A DNA stretch of 46,824 nt from Intoshia linei (lineage: Eukaryota > Animalia > Orthonectida). The notes beneath the pieces are model-generated. The model was not told the origin of the DNA, ran no database searches, and saw only the letters and a list, made by a program, of their open reading frames with translations. This document shows positions 1 through 12,700 of this stretch, in pieces. The position numbers and the translations under genes are program-made. Each line of letters opens with the position of its first letter. The first letter of the stretch is position 1. The DNA lies in the NCBI GenBank assembly GCA_001642005.1, contig LWCA01000152.1, positions 1 through 46,824 of the forward strand, read 5' to 3'.

Positions 1-334
1 TAGGATTGGAATGTTTTTACTTTATTTTTAATATTATATACACATTCTGTCTAACAAATTAAAAAAATGGGATAGTAATTGTTTTTAAAATTCTTTAACG
101 CAAATGTTAACAAAAAAATTAAGATGGAATAATTCACTTTAAAGTAAAAATTAAGGTAATATTACGGTTCCACCTGAAACAAATTTGAGAACCACTCCTT
201 TAAAGGGTTGATAATAGTTAATAGTAGGATTTTTAAGTTAGATTTTCAATGTGAATTTATTTTTTTTGGTATAATAAGAGTGTCCTCGGCAGAGCTAGGT
301 GCTGTTTGTACGTAGTACAAAACAGCCAAGCTAG
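1..334 (+). mobile_element. 3' end of non-autonomous Helitron (family H1) in MLH1 intron 2
   Basis: Ends in hairpin CTGTTTGTAC-gta-GTACAAAACAG (302-325), then CTAG (331-334) followed by T, the canonical Helitron 3' end. Body is the reverse complement of copies at 4939-5257 and 41850-42170. Confidence 0.8.
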
Positions 335-586
335 TTTCATATACTACTATTACAGTATTTAGTATTATTGTGCAAAATTTTATGATGAAGAAAAGGTCAA
401 TTTTTAGTATAGACAAGATAAAATTTTAACAATAGAAAAAATATTAAAATTACGCAGCAATATACAAATACAAAAGTACAGTGCTACAAACTAAGCAAAT
501 ATCTACTATAGATTCTACTGTAGAATCTACAGTGTTAAATAAAATTTAGTCTCTAAAAATAAATGAAAATAAAATGGATGTAAAAC

Positions 587-764
587 CTATTTTCAATAAT
601 TTCTTTTACAGCATTTGAAGCTCGATTAATTATCTAAATTAGAAATTAGAAACCAAAATAAAAATTAATTGAGCAACGAGTATGAATAAAATGAAAAATG
701 AAATTACTTCACCAGCTGCAATTTTATTGATGACAATTTGATCCAATTTTTTAATGGAAGCCAT
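587..764 (-). CDS. MLH1: DNA mismatch repair protein MLH1, first two coding exons; gene continues beyond the left edge
   Basis: Exons 764-708 and 633-587 (GT-AG intron 707-634) give MASIKKLDQIVINKIAAGE|IINRASNAVKEIIEN(S), the MutL N-terminal motif, closest to MLH1 [31 protein letters not shown]. The phase-2 donor after EN matches the human exon 1 boundary. Missed by the ORF track. Confidence 0.9.
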
Positions 765-1330
765 AATACATCAACTTATCTTTTCGGTATCAATTTAATT
801 GTTAAAATTATTGATATTAAATTATATATGTTGCCTAGTTTTTTACATTATGCAATAATTTAAATATTTTGCATACTTGTGCTATATTTTCGCTCGCTTC
901 ATTTCATCTGATTATTTTGGTAATTTTTTATTGTTATTTATCAATTGATTAATTATAATTATAATTAAATTCATGTTTTTTAATTGTAAATCAGTTCATT
1001 TTTAGTTTATGTAGTGATATATCATACTAATCGAGATTCCTATATATACTTTTAATATAACTCACTTGTAATATCTAACTGGCAGAGTGGTTATGGTCAT
1101 ATATAGATATGTAACTGCGTGGTTAGGTTCTGATTTTTATTTAATATTAATTCATCTGAGTTCGTCTCTGCCAATCGTCAGTTTAATATATCAACTTAAA
1201 TTCTATGATTATGTATGGTGCCGTGTTTTAGGCAGGAATTTTTACTAATTATTTTTCTTAATATTTCAAAAATTTTAATTTAAAATGTTTTGAAGTGTTA
1301 AAATTTCAAACGGTTCATGGTTATTTAACC

Positions 1331-1766
1331 CAGAGGTTCCCAAACTCATTTTATATACTGCCCCTTTTTTAGCAATATATTTCTCAAATCCCCTTAAAAA
1401 CTTTATCATATAATTTATTATAATATTATATATTATATAATACGTATATATACTATACTACTATATATAATACTACTATACTTAAATATTATATGGTCAT
1501 TAAAAAATATATTTATTACTGTCACTGTTTATATCAGTGGATACAAAACTTGCTATAAAAATATTCACTTAGAACTAAAAAATTCATCAACGCTCCACTT
1601 TAGCCATTTAAAATCGATTTTTCGAATACACTGTGTAATTAATAATTAAACTGTTATAATAACAATCAATGAACATTGACATGGTTTAGAAAATTTACTA
1701 TTTATGTTTTTATAATTTTTTAAAATCGCACCCTGAGGAGCAATATTGCATATTTTCGAGCCCCTG
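1331..1766. mobile_element. hAT (Buster/Charlie-type) MITE
   Basis: Termini CAGAGGTTCCCAAAC and GAGCCCCTG; perfect 8-bp TSD ATTTAACC at 1323-1330 and 1767-1774. Confidence 0.8.
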
Positions 1767-1772
1767 ATTTAA

Positions 1773-1914
1773 CCCTTTCACTGACTGGAATTTATGTTTT
1801 AATTTAAATTTGTTTAATTTTTAAATTACCTATGTGAAAATGTATGAAAATAAAAGAATAAAGTTTTTTAAAATTATGCTGTGTATAGTATAGAATACAC
1901 AGACAGTGAAAGGG
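1773..1914. mobile_element. piggyBac-type MITE
   Basis: TTAA at 1769-1772 and 1915-1918; TIRs CCCTTTCACTGACTG and CAGACAGTGAAAGGG (15 bp, 1 mismatch). Confidence 0.85.
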
Positions 1915-2103
1915 TTAAAAATGTAAATCTATTTTAGGTACTTTTACTTTTTTCAAATCCGAGAAAGACTGATTTCCTTTTAACCTTTTGAGTTATTCGT
2001 TATTTTAAAATGAGATTTGTTGGAAAATTTAAAACAAGCTATGTGGAATTGCATTGTATTTATTACACCACATGATATTTTTGGACTAATGTATGCTTTA
2101 TAT

Positions 2104-2549
2104 CAGGGATGCCAAACCTGTCGATCGCAGATGATTTTCTAGTCGATCGCCAACATTAAAAAATGAAAATTAATTTTTTATTTGAATAATACTTGTTATT
2201 ATAATTATATATATTTTAATATTGATGTATGATTTATTTTTATATTATTAAAATTTGTACACATTTCAATATATGCGATGTAACTTATTTAAATCGTTAT
2301 CGAATCAATAAATTAGTCCACTATTTTTTAAACTAGGTTTTGCCGATAATTTTCAAATATACAGCGAAAGTGCTTGGAATTTTTATGTTTTTTACAATCA
2401 CACAAAAAATATTTAGTCAAACTTTTTTATTGAATTCCGCAAGGCAATTTTATTGAAATAAATACATTTTTCTAGTAAATGTATTAGTCGATCGTCAATG
2501 AGTGAAAAATTTTAAAGTCGATCGCATCAAAAAAGGTTGGGAACCCCTG
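2104..2549. mobile_element. hAT MITE with subterminal GTCGATCG repeats
   Basis: Termini CAGGGATGCCAAACCT and AGGTTGGGAACCCCTG; GTCGATCG twice near each end; TSD CTTTATAT/ATTTATAG (6/8). Confidence 0.75.
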
Positions 2550-2755
2550 ATTTATAGGTACTTTAATGTGTTAAGGCTAAATTACAGAAGAAATTAGAAG
2601 CCAATAAATTTAACATTGTTTACTTAAATAATTAACCATCACACAGGCTTTTGCGATATTATAATTTATTGGTATTATCCTCAAAGAGCTAAATCTGTAT
2701 TATTTTTATCGTACTTTTAGATTCACTTGAAATATTTTGATATATTGATACAAAT

Positions 2756-3401
2756 ATGAGCGACCATGTATGATTTTATGGTTATGGCTTTATTTTTATT
2801 TCTAGTGGAGTGATTGGGCAAATTATATAATTTCTCAGAGTGTCGAGCAATGTTCAAAAGTTAATCTTACAGATAAATCTCATACTAGTATCTGGAATAC
2901 TCTACATACTTTTGGTAATTTTGTGCCATTTTACTTTGATTGTCTTAATTTATGTGATAATTTATTTTTTATTTTAGAAATTGATAGTGACAATTTAAAA
3001 GTGTTGGCGGAACCTTTCAATTCTAGCAATCACCCATCAGGCATCAAAGTTGATAATATTAAATTTATGTATGTCAAAAAAATTGAGGACAATGTTGCTC
3101 TATATGTACAAATGGGAGGGTCTGAAGATACTAAGCAAACCATTTTGTCAATGTTGGGAAAAGAATGTTTTTTTCATTTTTCAATTATAATATTCACACT
3201 TTAGATGCAATTATAACCCTTCTTCCTCCTAAATCAAATACTCGTACTGTCATAAATGTAATATCAAATATATTTTTGGTTATTTTGGAAAATATAATAT
3301 ATGATTCAAAGCCGATTTATTATTTAAAAAGGCTGATAACTAACGCTATGAATATTTTGCAATTATTTTTTTTCATTTTGTTAATAAAAATTTTTTATTG
3401 A
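2756..3401 (+). CDS. Divergent profilin-like protein
   Basis: Exons 2756-2767, 2806-2914, 2978-3166 and 3205 onward; GT-AG introns of 38, 63 and 38 bp with consistent phases. Protein MSDHWSDWANYIISQSVEQCSKVNLTDKSHTSIWNTLHTFEIDSDNLKVLAEPFNSSNHPSGIKVDNIKFMYVKKIEDNVALYVQMGG...YAIITLLPPKSNTRTVINVISNIF has the profilin pattern (N-terminal W..Y, IW, F...G[I/L]xVxxxK[F/Y]M). 3' end uncertain: stop at 3401, or a 4th intron 3279-3331 giving stop 3343 and 131 aa. Confidence 0.65.
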
Positions 3402-4129
3402 CCACCTAATTTAATTTTTATTGAAGCGATGTAACGTAGTTCACAATTATTAAAAATATAAGTATCATGTATGAGATTGAATATTTGTCATTCATCAAAC
3501 TTAATTTACGATAGTGGCTGTTTTCAATATGAAATTTGGACACTATTTTAGAATTTAATTCTTATATGAATTCTGGAAAACGGTGGTTAATTATTTTTTT
3601 TCATATCTTTTATTTTAATACGTTTAGTAATGTCTAAGCTTAATATATTTTTTACGTCGTATATAATTAATTTTACTTGAAATAATAAATAATCAGTTTG
3701 ATACGGTTATAGATGATGATTGTATTGGTGTCATTTTTTTTTATTTTTATTATTTTTGTCATTAAAAGAAGGTTCATTTTGACTGGATATTTTTCAAATT
3801 AAATTTTCAATTTTGTGACGGAGGTCCCAAACATTTTTACCATGGAGGGCAATTTTTAAAGTCACACTTTTGAGTAAAAATCAATATCATAGATGATAAT
3901 TGTCCTCAACATGACAGGTAACTTGAATAACTTGCTATTTTCAGAAATATTAATATATTTAAAGACATTGGCCAGTATTTTTTATTTTTTTAATTATTTT
4001 TTAGGTCTGCCACGATGTCATGAAAAAATTGATTCTGAATGCAAATTTGGACTAAATCTAAATAAATTTACACTTTTTCTATTTTTTTTATGATTTTAGA
4101 AAACGCCAATACGTGTTCTCTTATCCATA

Positions 4130-4470
4130 CTAGTTTGACTGTTATGTACTTCGTACAAACAGCAGCTAGCTTTGCCGAGGGCAGACTTTTTAATTTATTA
4201 GATGATGAGTATGATCTTAGGAACAATCAAATTAAAGTTACACTCTAAAAAATTCATAAAAAAGATATTTAAAATTTTATTTTTTGAGACAATTTTAAGG
4301 GTTGGAACGAATATTTTGATTGTTTTTAAGATCATAAAATAATAGAAATATCAAAGTTTTAAAACTCGATTCCTCTTTCTTTTTATTACGATAAACTTGA
4401 ACAAACAGACAAATGAATAAATAATCAGACAAGCATTTTTAACTATTTTACGTTATATAAGTATAAAATA
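4130..4470 (-). mobile_element. Helitron H1, internally deleted copy
   Basis: Starts on + with a|CTAGTTTGACTGTTATGTACTTCGTACAAACAG (reversed 3' hairpin and CTAG); ends ACAGACAA...TTATATAAGTATAAAAT, a degenerate 5' end. Confidence 0.7.
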
Positions 4471-4938
4471 TGTATTGGAAATTTTAAAATAAATGGTCAT
4501 TGTCGGTTTTTATCAGGTAGATGAGATTTACGACAATGTTAATGATTTTAAAAAGCGTCACAGCATGTATAGTTTTTTAGATTCTAGGACTTATTTTTAA
4601 AAAACAAAGAGAAATCGAGGTTTTAACCTGAAGGACTAAATTTCTGAAAATGAAACTAATTAAAACATCACACTAAAAAAATGTATTAGAAATTATCTTT
4701 TTTTAATTCTAGGAGTTAATTTATAAATAAAAAGGTAACTGACATGATCAATTTATATAACAAAGAAAAATTGACTACGTGATTCCGATTATTTAAAAAT
4801 TCTGATTTTAATACAGCTTTTAAGACTAGTTCAGTTTCATCAATTTAATTATGAAAAATTTAGAAGTCACGATTATTTCATCATCCAATATTTTGTAAGT
4901 TATTTCATAATGTAAAATAAAAAGTATTCAATATTTAT

Positions 4939-5257
4939 ACTGTTATGTACTTTGTACAAAGTAGCATCCTAGCTTTGCCGAGGGCGTACATTTTTATTCT
5001 ACCAAAAAAATAAATTTAACCTAAAAATGCTAGTATTCACTATTATCAATTATTTAAAGAAGTGGTTCCAAACTTGTTACACGTCGACCAGTCATATTAC
5101 ATTACCTTTTCATTTAAAATGAATTATTCCACGTTAATATGATTTTGTTAAAATCTATGTAAAGAATTTAAAAAAAATTTGTTATCCCATTTTTTTAATT
5201 TATTAAACATAATGTGTGTATAATATTGAACATAAAGTAAAAACAGTACAATCCTAA
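4939..5257 (-). mobile_element. Helitron H1 fragment
   Basis: ACTGTTATGTACTTTGTACAAAG...CTAGCTTTGCCGAGGGC followed by about 270 bp colinear with the reverse complement of 1-290. Confidence 0.75.
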
Positions 5258-5321
5258 CGTTAATTGCGTTATTTCTTTCAATCTGCATTATCAGTGTGTT
5301 TTTTTAAATTATTAATTAAAC

Positions 5322-5487
5322 TAGTGGTTCCAATACTTTTTTCACGACAGACCGGTAATAAATTATACAATTCATCGCGGCCAATTAATGTGAGATTACT
5401 AGGCAACGTTAAAAATAAATTGATTAAAAACTTAATAATAACAATTGACTTCCAATTGGCCCGCGATCCGAAATTTGGGTAACGCTG
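5322..5487. mobile_element. hAT MITE (family shared with 8578-8792 and 23379-23581)
   Basis: Termini TAGTGGTTCCAATAC and TTTGGGTAACGCTG; TSD AATTAAAC/AGTTAAAC (7/8). Confidence 0.7.
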
Positions 5488-6747
5488 AGTTAAACCAATT
5501 TAGTTTTGTTTCATTTTTAAAAATAATGGATAATTTGTGTTTTTGATTGTGAAGATGCAAATTTCTGAGATTTAAATTTATCTTATTTTAATGTCACAAA
5601 AAGTGACTGAAGTGAATTTTTTTAATTTTTGAAATTGTCAGCTATCTAACCACCAATGTAAATGGTTATCCAGATATTTAACGTTTAATTGCAATGTATA
5701 AGAATGATATTTATTACAAAAAATCAGTCTTTGAAAGAATTTCACTAACAAATAAAATGGAAACTTTGAGGATATTTTTGTATTGTTAATAACATTTTAT
5801 ATATTTACTAAAAGAAATAAAAAGGCAAATTTACTAAACGCAAAATCTGTATATATAAAATATAGCTAGGTCGATGTTAAAATAATTAAAACAGCCATAC
5901 CATACATTGAATCTGAAATAGTAAAAATTAATGGTAATAGTAATAAACTTTTCATAACGCTAGAATCGATAAATGGCAAAACCGTAAAAGTTTTGGCGCC
6001 ATAAACTGTGACTGCTATAAAATATCATACAAAAACATTTTAATACACGTCATTAATGAGAGATTACATCAATTAGATTACATAGATAAATTGATTAGTT
6101 ATGCAAACTTGTCTTTATAAATGTAAAATGTGATCAAAAACATAATCAAATCATGATGTTGGCTCCAAAATCAATATTTGAATTTTTGTTATGTGTTTTT
6201 GATATATAATAAAAAGTATAATCCTTATTAACTATTTTAAATCTTAATAATCCTAAAATCTTTTCATAACTATGCTAGCGTGAATTAAACTTTTATATAC
6301 AAAATGATTATTATAAAAAAATTTAGCACCAAATCAAAAATTATAATTTCATTAAATTTTTTTTTACTTGTATGACACTAATCTTACATACGTGAATTTG
6401 AAACAATAGTCGGGCCAATTTCTTAATTTAATGACGCCATTGAAAATGGATGTGATAATGTAATATATAAAATCTGACACTTGTTGTTTACAAATTTGTG
6501 CACTAGTTAGTAGCTTTGCGGAACCGTGTGCAGTCAAGCAAGTTATTGCAAATCATAGCTGTATAACAATTTATTGATTGAATGAACATAATATTCAATT
6601 GGACAATATTTGTAATCTAATTGACTGTGTACTCTATCAAAACATGACCTAACTAAGAGACTATCGAACAAATACATGCCCAATCAGATTCAATAATAAT
6701 TTAATAAGAGTTACACCCAATTTCATTTTCATATTTATATTATATTA

Positions 6748-9700
6748 ATGGATATGGATACAAGTGAATTGACCAAAAATGATAAAAACTTAAAATTTAT
6801 GCAAAATAAATCTCCCATCCCATGTGTAGTGTGTGGTGACATATCAAGGTACACTAAGCATTACAACAACGTTATATATTTATAAAAAATTATTTTATTC
6901 AGTGGAAAACATTATGGAAGCCTGACATGTAATGGGTGTAGTGGATTTTTTAAGAGAAGTGTTCGGCGTCAGTTAATATATAGGTATATGAAACTTTACT
7001 TTGATTATGTATTCAAGTATGTTACAATTGTATTTAGATGTCAATCTGGATATGGAAATTGTTTAATTGATAAAGCTCATCGTAATCAGTGTCAAGCTTG
7101 CAGACTCAGAAAATGTATCGAATCTGGAATGAACAAAAATGGTTAGATTTAAAATTATTAGTATGTAATAAACTATTTATTAAAATTAATCTGTCAAAAT
7201 TGAGATATTAATAAATGTTTGACTCAAAAATCTCACATATTGTCAAAAAACTAATTGGTCTTTAAGGTAAATCAGATAACTCAATGGCAATGTTTATTAA
7301 TGTTATTATTATAATAGTTATAATCAATATTTTTTAATTTTTCAATCATTATTTTTGTTGTATATTGGTCTCAACTAAAAATTTTAAGTTTAAGTACCAA
7401 TATTTTAGGTTAATTCTAAATATTATTAATCCATGTAAATATTTACATTGTACATTATTCAATAATATAGAATCTATATTATAATATAAATAGTATATTA
7501 TACATGTAATTTTTATTAATCTGTTTGTCAACAATGTAAATAAAGTTGTATACATAATATGTAAACAGGGCCGTTGAGAAGGGACTAGTGACGGATCTAG
7601 GATTTTCAGCCAGGGGGCCAAACGCATATTATGTATTTAAATTGGAATTCAATTTTTATATTATGTTTATTGCATTGATTAATGATGAATGATCATTATG
7701 TACATGAAACGTAAACGATAGGTCCTAGAATTTTTTTTTAATTTTTCACAATGTTAATACACAAATTATAATATTTTAAGGAACATTGGTCACACCAGAG
7801 GAGGGGCGGCTGCCCCTGCACACCACCTAGATCCACTACTGCTTTTACCTTATTTTTTGCAATTATTAAACATTTATTACATTTGTATAAAACCCTTTAT
7901 ACTGATTTGTTCACAATAGATGATCCTAACTTATATAATATGCTACGCGATTTTTGTTTCTGTGTGTGTGTTCAACTTTATTTAAATAACTACCCGCCTT
8001 AGAATATTATAAAGTCAACACTTCAATTACAGTTTTTTTCGGGGTGTTCGCAAACATAATTTATACCTCCCAAACTTACATCTTACGGGTCAAAAACCCC
8101 AATTGTCTTTTTTTTGAAAATCATACAAGTTGGAGAATTTAAAAAAATTATATCTTCAGGGCCAAAACCACAAATTACCCTTATTTTCTTAATGAAAACA
8201 GCCCTAGAATATTAAAAAATTTACATGTAGTACAGTTGTATTTTGTTAACACACACAAAAAATTTCAATCCGAATACGTGACGACTTCACGGTCAAAAAA
8301 GCATTTTAGTATTCATATATTTTTTTTTCGAAATATTTTATTAAAAAAAAAATGTGAAATAATTAACCGTCCGAAAATTAAAAAAAAAAAGATTATTCTG
8401 ATAGAGCTTATTCCAGTTGATATAAATACAAAAGTCGCATTCCCGATGAAACTTAATTTTTAATATATTATCAACCCATATTTTTTAAATATTTCGATTA
8501 AAATAAAAATTGAAAATAAATTCCCAGAAGATCTTTATGATTATAATAGTTATTATACGACATGTTAAAGATTACACCAGCGTTTCCCAAATGCTAGACC
8601 GCAGAGTAGTACAGTTCCGTCAAAATTGATTACCGGCTCGCGAAATAATTGTGAAAAATTTTTTACTAATTAAAAGTTAATTTATTACATTTTTTATCAA
8701 ATTTTTTTTAATGGTAGCAATTTCGCTTTAATGGTCCGCGATAAATAGTACCATTTATTACCAGTCCGCCGTGAAAAAAGTCGGAACCCCTGCATTATAC
8801 CGACTTGATATCAAATAAAGTGGCCAGAAAAAATACGTACTATCACTTTTAGTTTATTTGGAATAAATTTTAAGCCGAAAATTTTTGTTCGTCATCATAG
8901 ATAAGTAGTTTTGGCTTTACATTTAACACCAAATAAATTAATTAAAAATTAAAATTGATGTACGTATTTTTTCTGGCCACTTTATATAAAATTAAAAAAT
9001 AAAAACTATGGTAACAACAATTTAAATAAATTAAATGTTAAGGTTTTAAAAATTATATTTATAATAATAATAACTTATTTGCTTGAGGTGGCCGGACTTT
9101 TTCAAAATTTAAGCTTAAAAAACTATACCACGACTCTTAAGTGTATATTTCTCACCCTGTAGTTTCCTGTATTTTTGATTTAAAAAAAAGTTAACACCCT
9201 AATGTATATGTCGTATAGAATGTGTAAAACTGAAATGTACACATTCTATGGACAAGTCGTAGAATGTATACATTTCATGGATGAAAAAAAATCTTAAAAG
9301 TCCCTCTTAAAGTTTGGTTTCAAAAAAATTTTCTAAAACTTAAAATTACACTAAAATTAAAATATAAATGAAAATTTTACATATTCTACGACTTGTTTAT
9401 GAAATGTATGCATTCATTAAATTATAATTTAAAATTAATTAATTTTAAGCATTTTTATTATGTTTCTTAGTCGTTTATTTCGTAGTTCTATAAATTCGTT
9501 TATTTTTGGTTATTTTACTATTTAAAACAAATAAATATCACAAAAATAGTATGATTCAAAAGTATTTGGAATCAAATCGGAATCGGCATCGTTGAAAATT
9601 TAGGAAATTAGGAATAGATTTTATTTTGTTGAATATACTACATGTAGAACCGTTTCATTTCAGTTTAAATTGAAATCTATCGCGTGTAAATTTTCCAAAA

Positions 9701-12700
9701 CGGGACTCTATGTATTTTTTGGTATCAAAAAGTATCAAAAAGTGTCACGAGATGCAAAAGGTTGCCGGTTACTGATTTATACATAAAGATTAATGAGATG
9801 AATATAATTGAAATTTGCACTTCAAAATATTTTTATAATTTGGTTTAATTTTGGTTGCAATAATACAATAAGTACAAGATGTACTTAATAAGAATGTAGA
9901 TATTTATCATTTATTCGAACTGTGTTGGAATTCCAACTTGGCACTTATAATAGGTCTTATTTAATTAGTAAATTAATTTACAATTTGTTAATTTGTTAAT
10001 TTATTTTTATTTTTATTGAAATTTAAAATTATTTTATCTTATTTAAAAAACCTGCTCGGTACGTAGTTTGGTGGCCACTGAAATACAAATTATACTGAAA
10101 AAAAAGTTAATTATTTATAAATATTAATATCTCTAATTAAATAATTAGCAGTTCAAAATGAACGTCAACCGCGTAGTTCGTCATTAGTTTGTAAAAAAAA
10201 TGCGTTGAATTATTCCATTCATGGGAACAATAGAATGACAATATCTGCAACATATCCAATGTTTGATCCAAATATTAAGAACGAATTATTTAAAATTGAA
10301 CATTTAATTGAGACAAGAAATAAACATACGGACAAAACTGATGAAAAAACTTTTCAAAAATATCAATATCTTCAAAATCTTCAAAATTTACGCAATATTC
10401 CAAACTATTCAAATATCCACAGCGTCGAAAACATTCAAAATGTAGTAAACAAAAATTTGAATAGTTTAAATTTCAATGTTTATGAAAATTTTTGGAGTAA
10501 AAGTAAATTTTATTTCTAATTATGTGTTGATGCGGTTGAATGCTTTGGTATGTCGCACTGTCAGAAACTAAAAACCCATACAACGTAGTGCAATCAATTA
10601 TTAGCAGGGCGCTGTCCTTTAAAATGATATTTTTGGGATCAGATTTTCATATGTAAAAGCTATAGTGTATAAAAATATGTTTTTGAATAAATTTTTGAAA
10701 ATAATCAAATAAAACCAACTCAACATTAGCATAATTAAACCTAGTTGATTTACGTATTTTAATTTATATTAATTCTAGATTGGAACGCCAATATGAGCTT
10801 ATTAAATTCCCTTTATAAAAATTCAATCAAATACAATTCAAACACACTTACAAATCAATCAAAACATACAAATATGATATCAACACAGCTTCCTAATGAA
10901 CTGATTATTGATAAAAAATCAAACACTGGAAAACGGCAACACTCGGAGATGAAAACATTTGATTTAATATTATTAACTATACATTATTGTTTCAATTTAC
11001 CACATATCAATTTATTGACAAAAAACGATCAGGTACATTTTTATATAATAAAATATAATAAAATGTGCTTTTTATATTTTAAATATAAATACATGTATAC
11101 AATTTAATCAATTACTGCATTTTAATGTACAATATGCTTACGTCTCTTGAAAATCATTCATGTGACAGTTTGATTTTATAATTAAATTTTAAATTATGTA
11201 CCACATTGCACATTAATTTGTGATTTAAAAATTTTGATAGTTGGAGTTAACATTCTCATAATATCGAAATGTATTCATGGATAAATTTACACCCACTAAT
11301 TTTACAAATGACACAAATCCACATTTTTTAAAAATCAAAGTTGACAAATTAATTTAACGGGCATTTACCTTGCAAAGTTGAACCAAGTAGATGCCATGTA
11401 AATTAATTTTACGTCAAATTTGATGTTTGAAATAATACGAAATGAAAATGTATCGATTCAATAAAATTTATTAAATGTTTAATTGATTAAATTCTTTTTA
11501 GTCTGTACTAATCAAAGCAAACTGGCACACGCTTATATTGCTGGATTTGATTGATTCAAATAGACTCACGGATATAGTCGATACTAAATGCCTTGAATCT
11601 CGAAATAAAAAGGAAAATAGTGATACTATCACTCACACTAACTCAAACCCTCAGAACTACACTAATTTATTAAATTTAATTGAAAAATTTCAACTTGTTG
11701 GAGTTATGCGCGATGAAATACCTTTTATTCGTTCTATTATACTATTTAACCCAGGTAAATTTATAATGCAGTATTTTCTTATTATGATTCAAGTACATAC
11801 AACGCTCGAGACATTCACCATAAAATCTAAAATATGCTTAGTAAGCATTGCTTACATGCATTTAAAAAATTATTAAAAAAACAGTGTGATAATGAACAAT
11901 GTTTTTTTAAATGGTAAGTTGGAAATATGAGCCCTTTTTACAAAAATTTAGCCGACTCCTTAGAGAAGGATCTAAGCAAGGTAAATTAGATTGTACTCTC
12001 TAGTTCGCTGAATAAATATATTTGTAAATTTTTATTTATAAAATAAATATTCTGACACCCTAAAACTGGTTTGGCACCTTAGGTTAAGAACCCATGTCTT
12101 AGCGTAATACGATAATAATAAGGTATTATAACTATTAGTAATTGATACATTTTTGTTGTTCTGTCAACATAATGATTTATAATTATATATTATTATAATT
12201 CTATACAATAAAAATAAACCAGAAATATAACAGTAGAGAAAAGTATGATTAAAATTGAAAGATTATATAAATCTTATGTAAAAAAAATTTTATACCTAAA
12301 AATTATACCTTCGAAAATTTCATGCTTTGGGTATAAAAAATAAACAATTCCAAAAATTTGGGAAAAAATTACTTAAGATTCGCGAATTAAAGAAATGTCG
12401 AATCGAATTCTATATTTTCAAAATATTGATATAGAATAATTTACATAAAATATCGGAAACTTTAATAAGGTTCTCAATATTCTAGATAAACACAAAAAAA
12501 TTTATTTTAAATTTGATTTGTTAATGAAATTACATATATCCACAAAAACCAAGGAAAATTGAATATAAAAAATCTTATATATTTATAATTTCAGAAAACC
12601 CCTAAAAATTGAATTTTTAAAAAATCTTCCTAAAAAACTGTTAGAGTGACACATAATCATAGATTTACATTATTAATCATATTATAGATTTTTTGACCCA

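Noticed and set aside
505-533. 14-bp-stem hairpin ACTATAGATTCTAC-T-GTAGAATCTACAGT in MLH1 intron 2
   Set aside because: Single-nucleotide loop, too short for a pre-miRNA, no second copy; probably a local inverted duplication.
6060-6700. TAATCC/TAATCT (Otx/Crx-like) sites upstream of NR2E3
   Set aside because: Expected by chance at this AT content; no conservation data.
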